Shown here: positions 1-12,114 of the stretch, in pieces
Layout: every line of letters begins with the position of its first letter
Position numbering within the stretch: the stretch's first letter is position 1
Assembly: GCA_002633005.1 (NCBI GenBank)
Contig: NMRA01000491.1
Location: forward strand, 210,374-253,329
DNA: 42,956 nt
Direction: 5' to 3'
Source: Phoronis australis
Lineage: Eukaryota > Animalia > Phoronida
Made by a program: the position numbers and the translations under genes
The notes under the pieces: model-generated
Told to the model about the DNA's origin: nothing
The model's input: the letters and a program-made list of their open reading frames with translations, nothing else
Database searches by the model: none

Positions 1-215
1 CCGGGGGCCGCCATCTTGAAGAAGAGTGCAGCTACAGCCAAGAAAGTGGCCTTTTTTTATTCACAGCATGTTCACAAATACAAACAAACCACATTCACTG
101 AGCCTACGTGCAATGCCCGCCTACAAAATGCCCCCAAACTTGGCCTACCCCAAAATTTCTATATTTTGGCAGTGCAAATTAGCCGCGGCCGCAGCCTACC
201 TATTCAGTGCCACCA
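1..215 (+). repeat. Interspersed repeat, copy 1 (probable end of a DNA transposon; runs off the window start)
   Basis: Clear similarity to 31672-31884 in the same orientation (GGGGGCC.CCA.CTTGAAGAAGAGTGCAGCTACAGCCAAGAAA ... CTATTC.GTGCCACCA). Similarity stops at the same motif in both copies. Confidence 0.85.
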
Positions 216-1272
216 GACATAAAGCTTGACGGAGAAAGAGGCTGATTTGAGCCCGCAAGGGAAGAGGGGCGCGGGGCATACCTCCATACAAGCGGCAAAC
301 GCCGCTTAAAACGGTAACTTTGTAACGGCGAGGGTATTTCCTCGAATGCCACTGCAAAAAGTACAGAAGTCTGACGGGCAGGGACTAAAATGTTTTACCC
401 AGATTTTTCAATGTACACAAGACTACAGAAACCTTTTTATTTTTTGCAAACGATGTGCTCTTTTTTGACAACATGGCGTCTATTCTTGTGCTGAATCAGC
501 TAGCCAGCCTACGTAGCTGTACGAAAGCTGAAGACCACCCTATGGTCATAAAATACAAGCTATATTTTTATACAACATTGCACCAAGGCTACTTTTCGCA
601 CACTTTTGCGCTCATAAAATATGTCTCATGTATTCTTGAAGAACATTGAAACCAGTGATCGATTCAAGAACCTGAAAAGGGATGTTTTTCCTAACTTAAA
701 AAATTCTTGGTTTTCGCACAAAGGCGGGGCAAATCCTCGTTTAGGGCACGATTTTAAAATTATGTAGGACTATATAAAATGTCCAAACTAGTGCCTAACT
801 TCCGAACATCATATCTCAGGAGTGGCTGATCGGATTCATATGAAACTATCAGATACTGTGCTTTGTGCTTTGCTCTCCAATGCGCTTCCAGGAATCGTTT
901 TCCGAAACCTTCCAGTTTTGCATAAAAATATTACTTTTGATTTTTTATGAAAACAATAAAGTTGCATAAATCGATATTTTAGAAAACTGTTACTGGATTT
1001 TTGTTATTTTACCTTGACCATTAATACCTAACGAAATTTGGTCACGCCGTTTTTTGCAATCAACGTAGTATTCTTTTTTGCAGAATTTCATTAAAAAGAC
1101 ACGGTCGCGTGACTCAATTTATGGTAGATTGGCAAAAAGTCAAAATTCGTATTCTACCAAACTCCTTCTACTTCTATTGAATTGAAATGCATAGTTTTGT
1201 AGATAATTTACAAACACTACAGCATCGATTTCTTGCCTACACTAAAACCCTGGAAGGCTCACTACGAAAGGG
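216..1272. mobile_element. Possible non-autonomous DNA transposon remnant with a piggyBac-like right end
   Basis: Non-coding segment ending ...ACTACGAAAGGG/TAA, resembling the AAAGGG-TTAA end of piggyBac. No matching left TIR is visible in the window. Confidence 0.3.
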
Positions 1273-1984
1273 TAAGGTTTATCAGTGCTAAGAGTAAGTA
1301 GTAGTAGTACAGAAGGGTGTTGTTTCTTGAACAGTATCCTACAAATGTGTCCCCTTTTTCATCTCGCACATTCTCTAAATGGGCGAGTATTTTAATTTTC
1401 CACCAGCGATCCTGTAGTGGCGTATGAACTCGCCCGGTGTATTTTAGTCCCGACAAACTCAGCTCGGTTGCGACCTCCATAGTTATCAGTCGTCGCGAAG
1501 TCCCACAGAGCAAACCCAACATGGCGGGAGTTCTTTGCAACCTGTCTCGTTCCAGCCTCCAGCGCGCAGTCGGCCTTGTCCAAACCAAAAATGCAGTCAA
1601 GTTCCTGGCAGAATTGGCTTCCTTATTTGGAAAGTCACATAAGTTAAGAAGTCGGTTAGGTGTCGCTTCAGTTAAACGCATTTGCAACGAACTAACGGAG
1701 ACTAACGTAACTGTAGTGTATGCGGACAATGAAACTATAAACGAGTTGCAACCACAATATCAAGATGGAAGTAAAAGTAAAAGACGATTATCATGATGCA
1801 GGGACCAATCTGTGCCCTTGTTGAAAGGGCTCTAGCCTTCGTTGCTAGGTTACTCGACGACATTTCTATATCGGATCGGAGCCATTGGTTTCTGTTACGG
1901 CACTGTTGCAAGCACACTACAGCAGCTGATTCTGACCACTACAAGTTTTCCTCTCATTTCACTCGAATTCGTGCCATATAGAGC

Positions 1985-3221
1985 TGCATTATTAATTCAG
2001 TATTTATTAGAGTATTGTCAGAAATGGAAATTGATTGTTAACATGTCGAAGACTAACGGATAATTGTTTTCAGAAAGGGTGGAATGTTACGATCGTATGA
2101 AAAATGAACGTATAATGGGAATACTGTTAATATTGTAAATGCATTTAAATATTTATGATTAATGTTTACTGCGAAAGGTTCATGGTCTTGCGCACAGAAA
2201 ACTTTATCATTACAGGCTTCCAAGGCAGTGAATTTAATGAGGAAAAATGTCAATGGTTTTAATGCACTCCCTATTAAAGTTAGTTTGAAATTATTCGATT
2301 GTAAAATACTGCCGATACTTCATTATGCCTGTGAGATCTGGTGTTTTAGAGAGGGCTAATGTATTGAAATAGTCCACACAAAATTTTGTAAAGAAATTTT
2401 AAAGTTGCCTAGCACGGCAATTTCATCGGTTGTTAGAGGTGAGATGGGTCGTTACTCCTTGATTGCATACCAACTTCCTAGAATTATGTAATACTGGTTG
2501 AAACTATTAAAAACCGATGCGTCAAAAATTACATATCATTGCTATGAATGGCAGTCAGTACAATATGACGGAAAATGTTAATAAACCGTACTGGGTTAAC
2601 GATGTTAAGAACTTGCTGTTTCAGTTTGGATTTTGGAGAAGCATGGTACAATCAGGGTGTAGGTTCCGAGACAAGTTTCATATCACTTTTTAAACAGAGA
2701 TGCAAAGATACTGATCAGCAAAAATGGCAAGACATTTTGAACAATTCGAATAAGCTGGAAACTTACAGAACTTTTAAGTTAAATTTTGTTTTGAAAATTA
2801 TTTAGATGTAATTGACAATGTAAATGTTAGATCCGATATGGAAAGATTGAGATCTTCAGCGCATGCACTAATGATTGAAAAGGGTAGACACTTGAAACTT
2901 AGCAGACCAGAAAGGATATGCCCTCTCTGTGTTAGGACATATGTCGAGTCATCATCATTTTGTGACCGAATGTCCATTCTACGATGACCTTAAACGATAT
3001 TTGCCTGCATGGAGCTACAACAATCCCAATGTTACAAAATTTAACAGACTCATGACTGTGGAGGAAACAGATCTTATATGGTCAACATGTAAATATGTTC
3101 ATTTCGCATTCAAGCGAAGAAAAGCTCGGTTTACTTTTAGTGTTTGACACTTACCTGTGTTGTATTTTATGTTTTGATTGTAACAAGGGCCAGAGGCCTA
3201 GTTATTGAATAAATATATATA
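1985..3221 (+). mobile_element. 5'-truncated, degraded RTE-X-like LINE (end of RT, C-terminal cysteine-rich region, 3' UTR)
   Basis: Frameshifted fragments read EYCQKWKLIVNMSKT, LFDCKILPILHYACEIW, VRGEMGR, FGEAWYNQGV, LRSSAHALMIEKGRH..RPERICPLC and HFVTECPFYDDL. AATAAA and an (AT)n tail follow at about 3208-3221. Confidence 0.85.
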
Positions 3222-3281
3222 TTAAAATGGATCGTTGAAAAATACAAACAAACTGTATTGTCCACTGGTGGTCTACGATAA

Positions 3282-4476
3282 GGGGGTTCGACACAGTTTC
3301 AATTTTTCGTTGAATTCGAAAAAAGGCAATTTTTTATTTTGATCTTTCTGTACCACAAATCTGAAAAATGCGGAGGTCACCGAATTAACCCTTTCCTTTA
3401 TAGCTGGTTAAATAAATGCACCTCTGGTAAACAATGAGAAATTTACAAGGGTTTCTGAAAATCCGCTTCTAATTAAATTGATGACTGAAATCCTTTCGAA
3501 AACGGAAAAATTTCGTTGCGTGATGCCGGTTTCATCCTTTAATAGCTTTAATTATATTTCTCCGTTTTCTGAGTTTATCACGTCGGAGTAGGAAAACTTT
3601 TTGTCAATGGATTTGAGTTCTTCAATGTCAAACTACCCGTTCTGGTGACGCTATTTGAACTAAGATAGCGAAAAAACAAAGTCCGTTATATTTCACTTTG
3701 AAATAAGAAAAATAGTGTGTCGACACCGACTGAGCTATTGTGCTCAAACAGCGTCATTTTACAAGACGCAATTCGACCTTCTCAAGTGCGCGTCAGTTTC
3801 AATATCATGATAATTACCCTGCTACAATTCACTGAATAACCATCATGTTGTGCTGTTGGGATTGTGAAATAAGTTTAATTTAATTTTCTTTCCTTCACAT
3901 TCATCAATTTAGATCACAGGGTGAGTTTCGTCAGTCGAAAGATCTCACTAAAAATGAACATTTCGTAACTTTAGGCCTTGTATGTAGTTGCATTATTTTA
4001 CAGTTAATTTTCTTATCTTTTTTAAAAGTGGGTGGGTTTTCGCTGAAACCTCATTACATAAGGCGGCAGTTGAGTGAGTCACCCATAATGCATGAGTCAG
4101 CTGTCACTCACTACGGCGGCCATTTTAGGAGATGGTCGACCACAAAAAGAAAAAAAACTAAACTGAAAATTCATATGAAATTCAGTTAATTTTAAAAAAC
4201 TTTAGAATTGTGATGGGCTTAAGTTTCGAATGAACTAACTTGCGATAAATCCGTTTTTATTGATTTCAAAATTGACTTTTGAATAAAATTACACCTATTA
4301 TGACGTAAGTGTGAAATTTGATTTCGCGCGCTATCATAATAAAAACTGAACTCAAAATCAGCATTTTTCAAATTAAATAATGTTCTTTGAAATAGAAAGT
4401 CGAATTCAAATGTTTTATGAATAAATCAATGTCTGCTTTACGACGTTTTGTCCATACAAACCTATGTCGAACCCCT
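3282..4476. mobile_element. Non-autonomous TIR DNA transposon, Kolobok-like
   Basis: TIRs GGGGGTTCGACA (3282) and TGTCGAACCCCT (4465-4476) match at 11/12 and start with purines. The flanks ATAA and TTAC each differ from TTAA by one base. Confidence 0.6.
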
Positions 4477-6999
4477 TTACTGTTTTGGTTCACGTTCCCG
4501 TACGAAACACCGCCATCTACAAGCAACGATGCAACGCTTAATTCTTAATTTACGTTAGAAATCATTTTAATACAAATGAAATAAAAACAATGGTGAAATG
4601 TTATGCAGATGAATTTCTTTCGCTTTGTGCCTGTTTATCCATAGATATCCAATTAGAATTCATGATTTATCCAGGCGTAACGCGGTACATTCATGTGATC
4701 ATGAAGAGTCAAGTACATGTATTTACCTTCGACATGCATTTTGCTCTGTTATTTTCTGTATATCGTCGCTCTCTATCGCAAGTGCTCCAAATGCATTGCA
4801 AAATCACCGACAATGATGGCTCACTATCCGTTGTATTTTCAAGTTACCGCGGCCCGAGTGGCTGGAATCATAACTTGATTGACATGTCGTAACTGCTCAT
4901 TCCCTTGGCCAAGGGGAAAAACTAGAACGTAGTTATGAGCGACAAGACTTTATATAGGGAATGCGACTTAGTTTTTGACGCTCTAATGAGAGTCATGATG
5001 GACAAGTTATACCATTTTGTCAGTGTGAGATCAAGACTGAAGTAGAATTTCCCTTTAATAAGTCATCAGTTGCAGTCTCAAGACGTGTTCTACAGTTCAC
5101 ACCTAACCTTCAGAATGGGCTGTGTTTCAGGAGGTTTGCGATATCTACAAGACATCACTGATTGTCTAAAAAAGTTCTCTCGTGACCATGACACAAATGA
5201 TAATTATCTGAGATTTTCTGTTATCGCTTTTTAACCCGATGGAATGAGGCTGTCTGAAACGTAGTGCTTCGTTTATTTCAAGTTGTTTTGGCTTCTTCAT
5301 TGACATTTGAGTTCTCGGGCTAAAACAATCCCATTTTACTCATCTAGGAAAAAGAAAGCGGGCTAAAGCATTTATCCTATCACCCATCTGTCCGGTAGTG
5401 AACCACTAGAATCTGTGAACGTCTTTAAAAAAAAACAAGGAAACCAATAACTCTTACTAAATCTTCTGAAAAAATGCTCAGTTTATTTGTGTAGCAATAT
5501 AATTCAATGATGTTGACTTCTTTCAAATAAAAAGAATAAAAAATCTTCTCTTTTTATACGCCTACGATCTCCATGAAGGTTATAAGCACGTGTGTTACTG
5601 TTGGATCAACTTTTGCACATACTGTTGACAAACAACTGGTAAATACGCGCGTCCAGCGCACTCACAGGAAGGTTCAGTCGTTACGCCATGCGCGCACCCA
5701 GCCGAAAATATAGGGGGATCGAATTTTTCAGTATGTGAACCTTTCACTAAAACCAAGAACGGGGACTAAAAATTAAAAAAAAAATAACAAAAACGGGGTA
5801 AGTACTACTGCGTTCAGACCTATGAATTTTGCATTTGCACCGACTTCTCTATGACTTCTGTCTCGTTTTCTCGGACTTTTTGTTTCTATGAGGCGGACCT
5901 TTTTGCCCACTTCGCCAAATAGAGGAGGGGGGGGGGGGCGAGACCCCCTGGGTGCTTCTTCAGTGGGTGACATGCAAGACGACTGTACACAATCATTAAC
6001 GCTGGCATGGATGTGGTATTGCACATTTGCTCGCGTTTTGAACAAGAGGTTGTCTTTTGGATGCTTGGCAAAAGATTTATATCTGTGATAGCTGCCGGTG
6101 CGGGTCCAATTCAACATAAACCTAATGTGGCATTATTGATGAGAAAAATCTTTTTCTGAGACCAGACTGTACACATGATATTGCAATTCAATGAGGCTGC
6201 TTCGAAGAACTCCTGTACCCTATACGTATGCATTTTATAACAGTGAGACAAGTAGAACTTTGGAAAACACACAAAAGTCAATAACCAATTAACCAATAGC
6301 AGACATACGTCTCCAGTCTCAAGGGTTAACAAATCGCCTACTAGAGAAAAAATGTGATGAAGTATCAAACACGTCCTACTAATTGAACGGGAAATACGTA
6401 AATATTTCCGTTCAATCCAGAAGTCGACGTAAATCGTTAGTCTTGAGTCTAACATTTCTTCCAACAGCGAAGCCAAACTCCGGTCTTAAATGGGACAAGA
6501 TTTTCATCTTCAGTTTGGTTTTTCACTGCAAGTTTACATTTTCTCCCATCTTACGGAATTCTGCAGAACCGTCGTCTCAACGTCCAGAGGTAAAATCCCT
6601 GGCCAGAGTTAAAGCACATCTGTGCAGTCTTTTTGCACACACTATAACACACCATAAAAGTTTTATGAAACAGTAGCTTAGGTTTTCCATTAATTACATT
6701 GCGCCAAGTCTGTTCTTCCGTAAGACATACGCCATATTAAATTCATACCTGCTCCTATAAGTGAAGAATAGATACCAGCTCCTGTACGCGAAGCTGACGT
6801 GAGCAGAATGCTTTTGAAAAAGGAAAACGCACGTAAGCTTAAAAACATGCACTGACCGACCATAAGTGGCTAAGAAAAGGTGAGTTTCGTAAAATCTTTA
6901 AGGGTATAAAAGGGTGTATTTTATCGTGCTCTCGGTAAAAGGATGAGCGTCCACACTGCTGTCAATAATGGTGGAATCCCTTTAACGCTGATACTTCTC

Positions 7000-7147
7000 T
7001 CAGTGCAGATGAACTGGGCAACAACATTGTTGTGGGTTGAAGTCCACAATTAACAGTTTGATCATCTTGTTGACCGCTTCACCTATCAAACCGATAGCGT
7101 CTGTTAGGTTATTGTTCAGCGCAAGAATGCACTGAGTTAAAGTTTCA
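7000..7147 (-). CDS. Gene A, terminal coding exon (ETLTQCILALNNNLTDAIGLIGEAVNKMIKLLIVDFNPQQCCCPVHLH*)
   Basis: Strong acceptor (long poly-T then ACAG). Phase-2 entry matches the upstream GG|GTAAGT donor, and 48 codons are open to TGA at 7002-7000. Confidence 0.6.
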
Positions 7148-7380
7148 CTGTAAAAAAAAAACAAAAAACGTGGCGCTTGGCGAACCGACGACAGCGCAGG
7201 ATCCGCCGGCGCCGGCCAAGGCTGCCTGGTGCCAGATCACATTTGCCGTAGTATCCCGGCCATGCTTTGAATATTAGGCATTACATACCAATTAAAAGAT
7301 ATCATACCGTACAATAAGTTTTAACTAAATGAGGGGAACCGCCGGAAATTGCCAGTGTACTGGCGCCCAAGCCAGCCGGG

Positions 7381-7506
7381 GCTGCGTTCCGTAGACACAA
7401 GAGCTTCTCGAGGAAAGCTGGTTTGATCACATGCTTCGTTTGCGATATCTCGCGAAATCTAGTGCGGTTTTTTGTTAATGCGTGTCTCTTGAGTCTACGG
7501 AAGGCC
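7381..7506. mobile_element. Short MITE with TGCGTTCCGTA ends (Harbinger-like), in gene A intron 2
   Basis: Arms TTCCGTAGACACAAGAG and CTCTTGAGTCTACGGAA are inverted. The internal TTTGATCAC.TGCTTCG is shared with 34934-35077. Confidence 0.65.
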
Positions 7507-7604
7507 AGTCCAGGCCAGACGTCATTACTATACCCAATGACCATGGAATATACCATTATTGGAGCGGTTTCAGGAAATTTCCCACTCGGTATGAGGCTAC
7601 TTAC

Positions 7605-7868
7605 CCATATTCCTGGTCTTCGACTTTCGACATGAGCAGACTCTTCGGGACCTTTCTTCGGGTACGAACTTTTCCAACGCGTCCGACCAGTTGAATTACC
7701 ACCACACGGTCTTTCTTGCTGCCGGCTCCTCCCCCTAAATTGACCGCCTCGTCGATAGACTTCAGAGACGGCATCAGGACAAACTTTATCTCAGTCCCCC
7801 AAGATCGAGTGAAGATATACAATATATTGCAATAGTACTCCTGCTGCTTGCTATCGAAGATACTAAGT
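7605..7868 (-). CDS. Gene A, internal exon (LSIFDSKQQEYYCNILYIFTRSWGTEIKFVLMPSL...KVEDQEYG); alternative acceptor starts at 7873
   Basis: About 88 open codons bounded by tandem acceptors ATAATAG|TGTAG| and a consensus donor GG|GTAAGT at 7604. Confidence 0.6.
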
Positions 7869-8120
7869 CTACACTATTATAAGAAGTTCGTGAATGTTGA
7901 TCTCAGATTAAATAGTATGAACTCTGTCTTGGACACTGTTGCAACCGTAGATTATTTAGCCCTAATCGTTGATCTCTCGGAGATACACGCTGTTTGACGA
8001 TTACGGAATATCAACGTAAACACGATGTGCTTTCCTTCTCTCCAATGAACACTATTCCAGAAAATCATCATATTTCAAGTATTTGCACAACGGCCGCCGG
8101 GATCCCGGGTTTAGGCCTAC

Positions 8121-8299
8121 ACGTGAGAGTCTGTTGATGCCGGCTCCCTCAAAAGCGTTGTTACATAACAGATCACCTCGTCAGTGGTCAGATTCAAGGT
8201 CACCCTGGCACACAAAACCGGCTGCAAGCGAGTTTGTTTAGAGTCACTTACTATCTCACAAACATGCTTTAAAGTTGCTGTTTTTGGTCCCTTTTCCAT
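8121..8299 (-). CDS. Gene A, first coding exon (MEKGPKTATLKHVCEI...); an alternative donor ends it at 8252
   Basis: Kozak-like AAAATGG. Donor GT|GTAGGC (phase 2) fits the 7868 acceptor; donor ATA|GTAAGT (phase 0) fits the 7873 acceptor. Confidence 0.5.
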
Positions 8300-8593
8300 T
8301 TTTATATTCGATCAAACACTGCCTAAAGCAACAGTAAACTAGCGTTTCGTCCAGCGAACGTAGATCACATGGGTCAAAAATTAGTAAAATTCTGGTTACT
8401 CCTGTTTCTTACTCACTTGAAGAGCAAAATGACTTCTAGGTTAAACAAGCAGTTGACGTTTTGCTCAATCTTTGAGGGCATGCTCAAATTGAAAGCAAAA
8501 TTATAAGATATAGTTGTGCCCTTCAGGACAAAAGGTAGGCCGTAAACGAAAAAATCACTTGGGTACAGCGTACGTCGGATGTTTTGACTCAGC

Positions 8594-8886
8594 CAGCAGG
8601 CGTATTTATAGGGGGGGGGGGGGNGCCCGGGCCCCCTCCCCTCCTTGGCTGCCGCAAGCGAAATGAAACAGCTACAGCGTGAAGTGTGAGGAAATAATGA
8701 GTTCAGCCAGTACTGAGGACCTGTAGCGGCGGAATCGTGTTCCCGTTTAGTCTTCAGATAGATATTCTGGATCCACATACCAAGCCCTCGCAACTTTCGG
8801 GCCGCCTGTGTACATACAGTCGCGCTTTGCCCAATTCCCAGAGGCATTAACATGTTGCCCCCCCCTTAATCCTAGATCCGCCACTG
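8594..8886 (-). mobile_element. hAT-like MITE, inverted copy of 24489-24822
   Basis: Ends in CCTAGATCCGCCACTG. Shares CGCGCTTTGCCCAATTCCC, CGCAACTTTCGG and CCTTGGCTGCCGCAAGC with the reverse complement of the 24.5-kb copy. Confidence 0.75.
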
Positions 8887-9698
8887 TGTATTGTCCTTGC
8901 ACGCAGTTGAGTTCGGCTGTAGACGGCAGCTTCACAACCAAGCGAGAAATATACCGGCACAGGACCTCGTTCGGACTCCATAGTAGGGAGGTTAGTGCGC
9001 TCAAATTTTTTCGCGGCAGACATTTGAAATTAGAACCCGAGGCGCTCCTAGCGGAGTGAAGGTGCCGTGATTGAGGCTTATACTATAGGCTTATCAAACC
9101 AATAGTGCGATGTTGCCTGGCCGGCGATCGTCGCCGGCTTGTACGTACCCGTAGGACAATTTAATCGTGTCGACCGATTTGGATAGGCACCAGTACATGG
9201 AAATAGAAGGTCTGTCAAATATACTTTTAAGTGTATTTGTCTGTCTGTACATCTGACGGACACTATTTAATACAAGAGAATCCGGGTCAGTCACGTGGTC
9301 ACGCTTAGGCATTAGTTTGGCAGTATTGGTAGCCGAACCTTCAATACGGGGCTTAATTTCAGAATACTTTGATGAACTATTCTTTTAGGAAGAGAATAAA
9401 TGAAAATAAATTGTCTCAACTTAGCATAAATATGAACATTTATGGCATTATATTGCCCGTAACACGGCCTACATTTCGCTTGATTTTGCAAATGATATCA
9501 AAGGATTTTCGTTTTATTAAATGATTTAGGTGCGTCCAACGTCCGACGAGTAGATGCCTGACAGACATCGGCGAGAATTGGCGGTTAGTAAGAAAACACA
9601 ATAAAAGTTTGTTGAGTTACAACTCTGCCCCAAAATGACTTCAAGAAGTGATAATTCGTTGTTGCTTGAGACCAGACTCTACTCGTTGGCTGGCACAC

Positions 9699-11280
9699 CA
9701 GGCTTTTTTTTTCACTGTGATATATATTTATTGAAGGATACACAGAACATACAAAGAAATAATAACAAACCCAGAAACCGCGAAGCATTATATCTGGGTT
9801 GTAAACAATTCATAAATGAAACTTGTATACATAGAGATATATACAATTAAGTAGTATCTAAAATAAGTATTCCAATACTTAGACATGCTATTACAGATAA
9901 ATAAAAACAAAAATATTTACAGATTCATGTAGGGAAATCAGATGCAACAATATTGATAAACGGTATATAAAAATTTGCTAACGTTGCTTAGGAGGAATTC
10001 GTTAAGAACAAAGTCAAGGTTAGGACTACCATTCAGTAATAATGTAACTCTAGTAGGGATATTATTACAAGAATTGAGAGCGTTAACAACTGATTGGTTA
10101 TCATTGAGTGCACGAAAGAGTGAGTCTCTCAGGGATTCGATGAGGGGACATTTGAAGAAAATATGAGGATAAGATTGATGGTCACCACATTTACAGTTTG
10201 GAGATACATTACTAAAGTTGTGCCTGAACTTGTCAGAGTTGAGGAAAAGGCCACATCTTGATCTGTACAATGCTATTTCGTTATCGCGGGTAAGGNNNNN
10301 NNNNNNNNNNNNNNNNNNNNNNNNNNNNNNNNNNNNNNNNNNNNNNNNNNNNNNNNNNNNTGTTGACTGCCGCGTATTTTATTGATGATGTTCCAGTATT
10401 CTTTGGAATTCTTGCTTGCGCTGTTAATTTGTTGAAAAAGCTTGTGTCGGTGATCAGCTTTGGCTTGATTTACTAAAGTTTCAACCAGACGTGACTGCTC
10501 CTTGTATCTGTTGTAGATTATAGTGTTGTTAGATCTTCTGAAAGAGCTGTAAAGTCTGTTTCTTGTGCGGATTGCCCGTTTAACATTACTGTTGAACCAC
10601 GGTTTGCTGTTGTGTTTAATTATCTTTTCAGTTGATGGGATGTTGTTTTTTAAGATTTCATAGAGAGTACTAGTGAAGAGTGAAACAGTGTCATCAATGT
10701 CGCCAGTGTTCAATATGGAATCCCAGTCAGTGTTGGTGATATCCTGACGCAGTTTATCGGTGTCGACCTGATCATATTTCCAGTTGGTTCGAGTGGTGTG
10801 TTGCTCTTTAACCGGTTTTTTAAGTGTTAGAGTGGTTTCGATAGTGTGGTGATCAGAATTGCCAACAGGAGGTAGTACAGAACATGAGTCAATGATACTC
10901 AAATTGTTTGTTATACACAGGTCAATACATGAATGAGAAACGTCGGTGATACGGGTTGGCTCATTAATTAGTTGTATGCAGTCATTAGACAATAAAATAT
11001 CAAACAATTGTAGTCCGGCCGTATTGTCATGATCATCATTGTACCATGTAGAGTTTCGGGCATTGAAATCACCATTTATGATTATACTAACGCTATTGCG
11101 GTTAAGTTCCGCTAACTGATCCGCTAGGGCTTTGAAGTAGAGTTTTCTTTCAGTTGGAGATTGAGAAGGTGAGCGATAAAACAACCCATAGTAAATTTTT
11201 CTGTGATCGAAATAAATTTCGATCCAGCAGTTGCATAACTGAGGACAAGTTAAGCTAGGACATAATTTAAATGAGAGTGT
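9699..11280 (-). mobile_element. Young 5'-truncated CR1-group LINE (APE endonuclease, linker, [gap], C-terminal CxC..H..C, 3' UTR, A tail)
   Basis: Motifs YRSP, GDFNA, QLINEPTR, SCIDL, SDH and KPWFN; after the gap, NCKCG..HIFFKCP. AATAAA and an A9 tail are present. A 10-bp direct repeat GCTGGCACAC flanks it at 9689-9698 and 11281-11290. Confidence 0.9.
10296..10360. other. Assembly gap (65 N)
   Basis: Run of N located where the RT domain of the CR1 element should be. Confidence 0.99.
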
Positions 11281-11837
11281 GCTGGCACACTTGGTCAGAT
11301 TTGTAACACTATAGGAATTGGGAAAGGAAAGTCACGCGCTTTTCAATCATTTATGTAGGCAACAGCGGGGCGCGAAACACGGCTTCGATTACGACGTTTT
11401 CCCGTTGCTCCCAACTTGTTCGATTCTATAGCCCAACGACAAGTTGGGAAGAACACCCCTGTCACGGTACTGAGTTGAGTTGGGTTTATCCACTTATATG
11501 GTACTGTACTGAGCTCGTTAGGCCTAACCCCAGCGCCATTCGCCAGGATCGCTACTGCCCATGAAATCTAACTGGTTGTCAAGTCAAAATCGAAAGAGAA
11601 ACTTCACCCCAAAAAGTTAAGATAGTTTTTTTGCTTCGGTTCCCTTTCTATCTACGATTTCCCTGGAACTTAGTCAACTGGAGGGCCGCGTGGCTACTCT
11701 CGCCATCTGGTGACTGCACAGGAATATGCTACGAAACTCAAGCGCTTTCTTTTGGCAGACAGAAACAACACGACACGACAAACTTGTAGCAGAGACCAGG
11801 CGGCTCCGACCTATCGTGACTCACGATTGTCAAAGAA

Positions 11838-12114
11838 ATGGCATCGAATAACGTAGAAACGAGGACTGTCCCCTCCAAAAATTGCAAAAGCACAAGTTGG
11901 CTCCCTCATAGCAATAGTTCTCTTATACCTTTACTTCCATGTTGATGTCCGAATATCAACTCACATCGTTTTCCGAATAAGTCAATGATACAGCCACGAA
12001 CTGTATTTTCGGTTTCGAGAAGCCGATTGCACGTTGGAGGCTGGAAAGAGCAAAGACACGATATATAGACTCCACCCTCGTATTGGAGATGCATTTACTG
12101 CCCGCCGGGGACAC
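11838..12114 (+). pseudogene. Possible disrupted first exon of a type II membrane protein
   Basis: GAAATGG start. One frameshift leads into KRGLSPPKIAKAQVGSLIAIVLLYLYFHVDVRISTHIVFRISQ*YSHELYFRFREADC..., with a single TGA (11986) and a CAC|GTAAGT donor at 12115. Confidence 0.25.

Noticed and set aside
4935-5045. 36-aa small ORF MSDKTLYRECDLVFDALMRVMMDKLYHFVSVRSRLK
   Set aside because: Length is within chance expectation, with no motif or splice support.
8413-9059. ORFs sharing GNWAKRDCM.TGGPKVA with ORFs at 24469-24811
   Set aside because: The similarity comes from two copies of the same non-coding MITE.
10273-10360. The ORF track extending the CR1 frame across the gap
   Set aside because: Frame across Ns is meaningless; the true post-gap frame reads LTRDNEIALYRSRCG.
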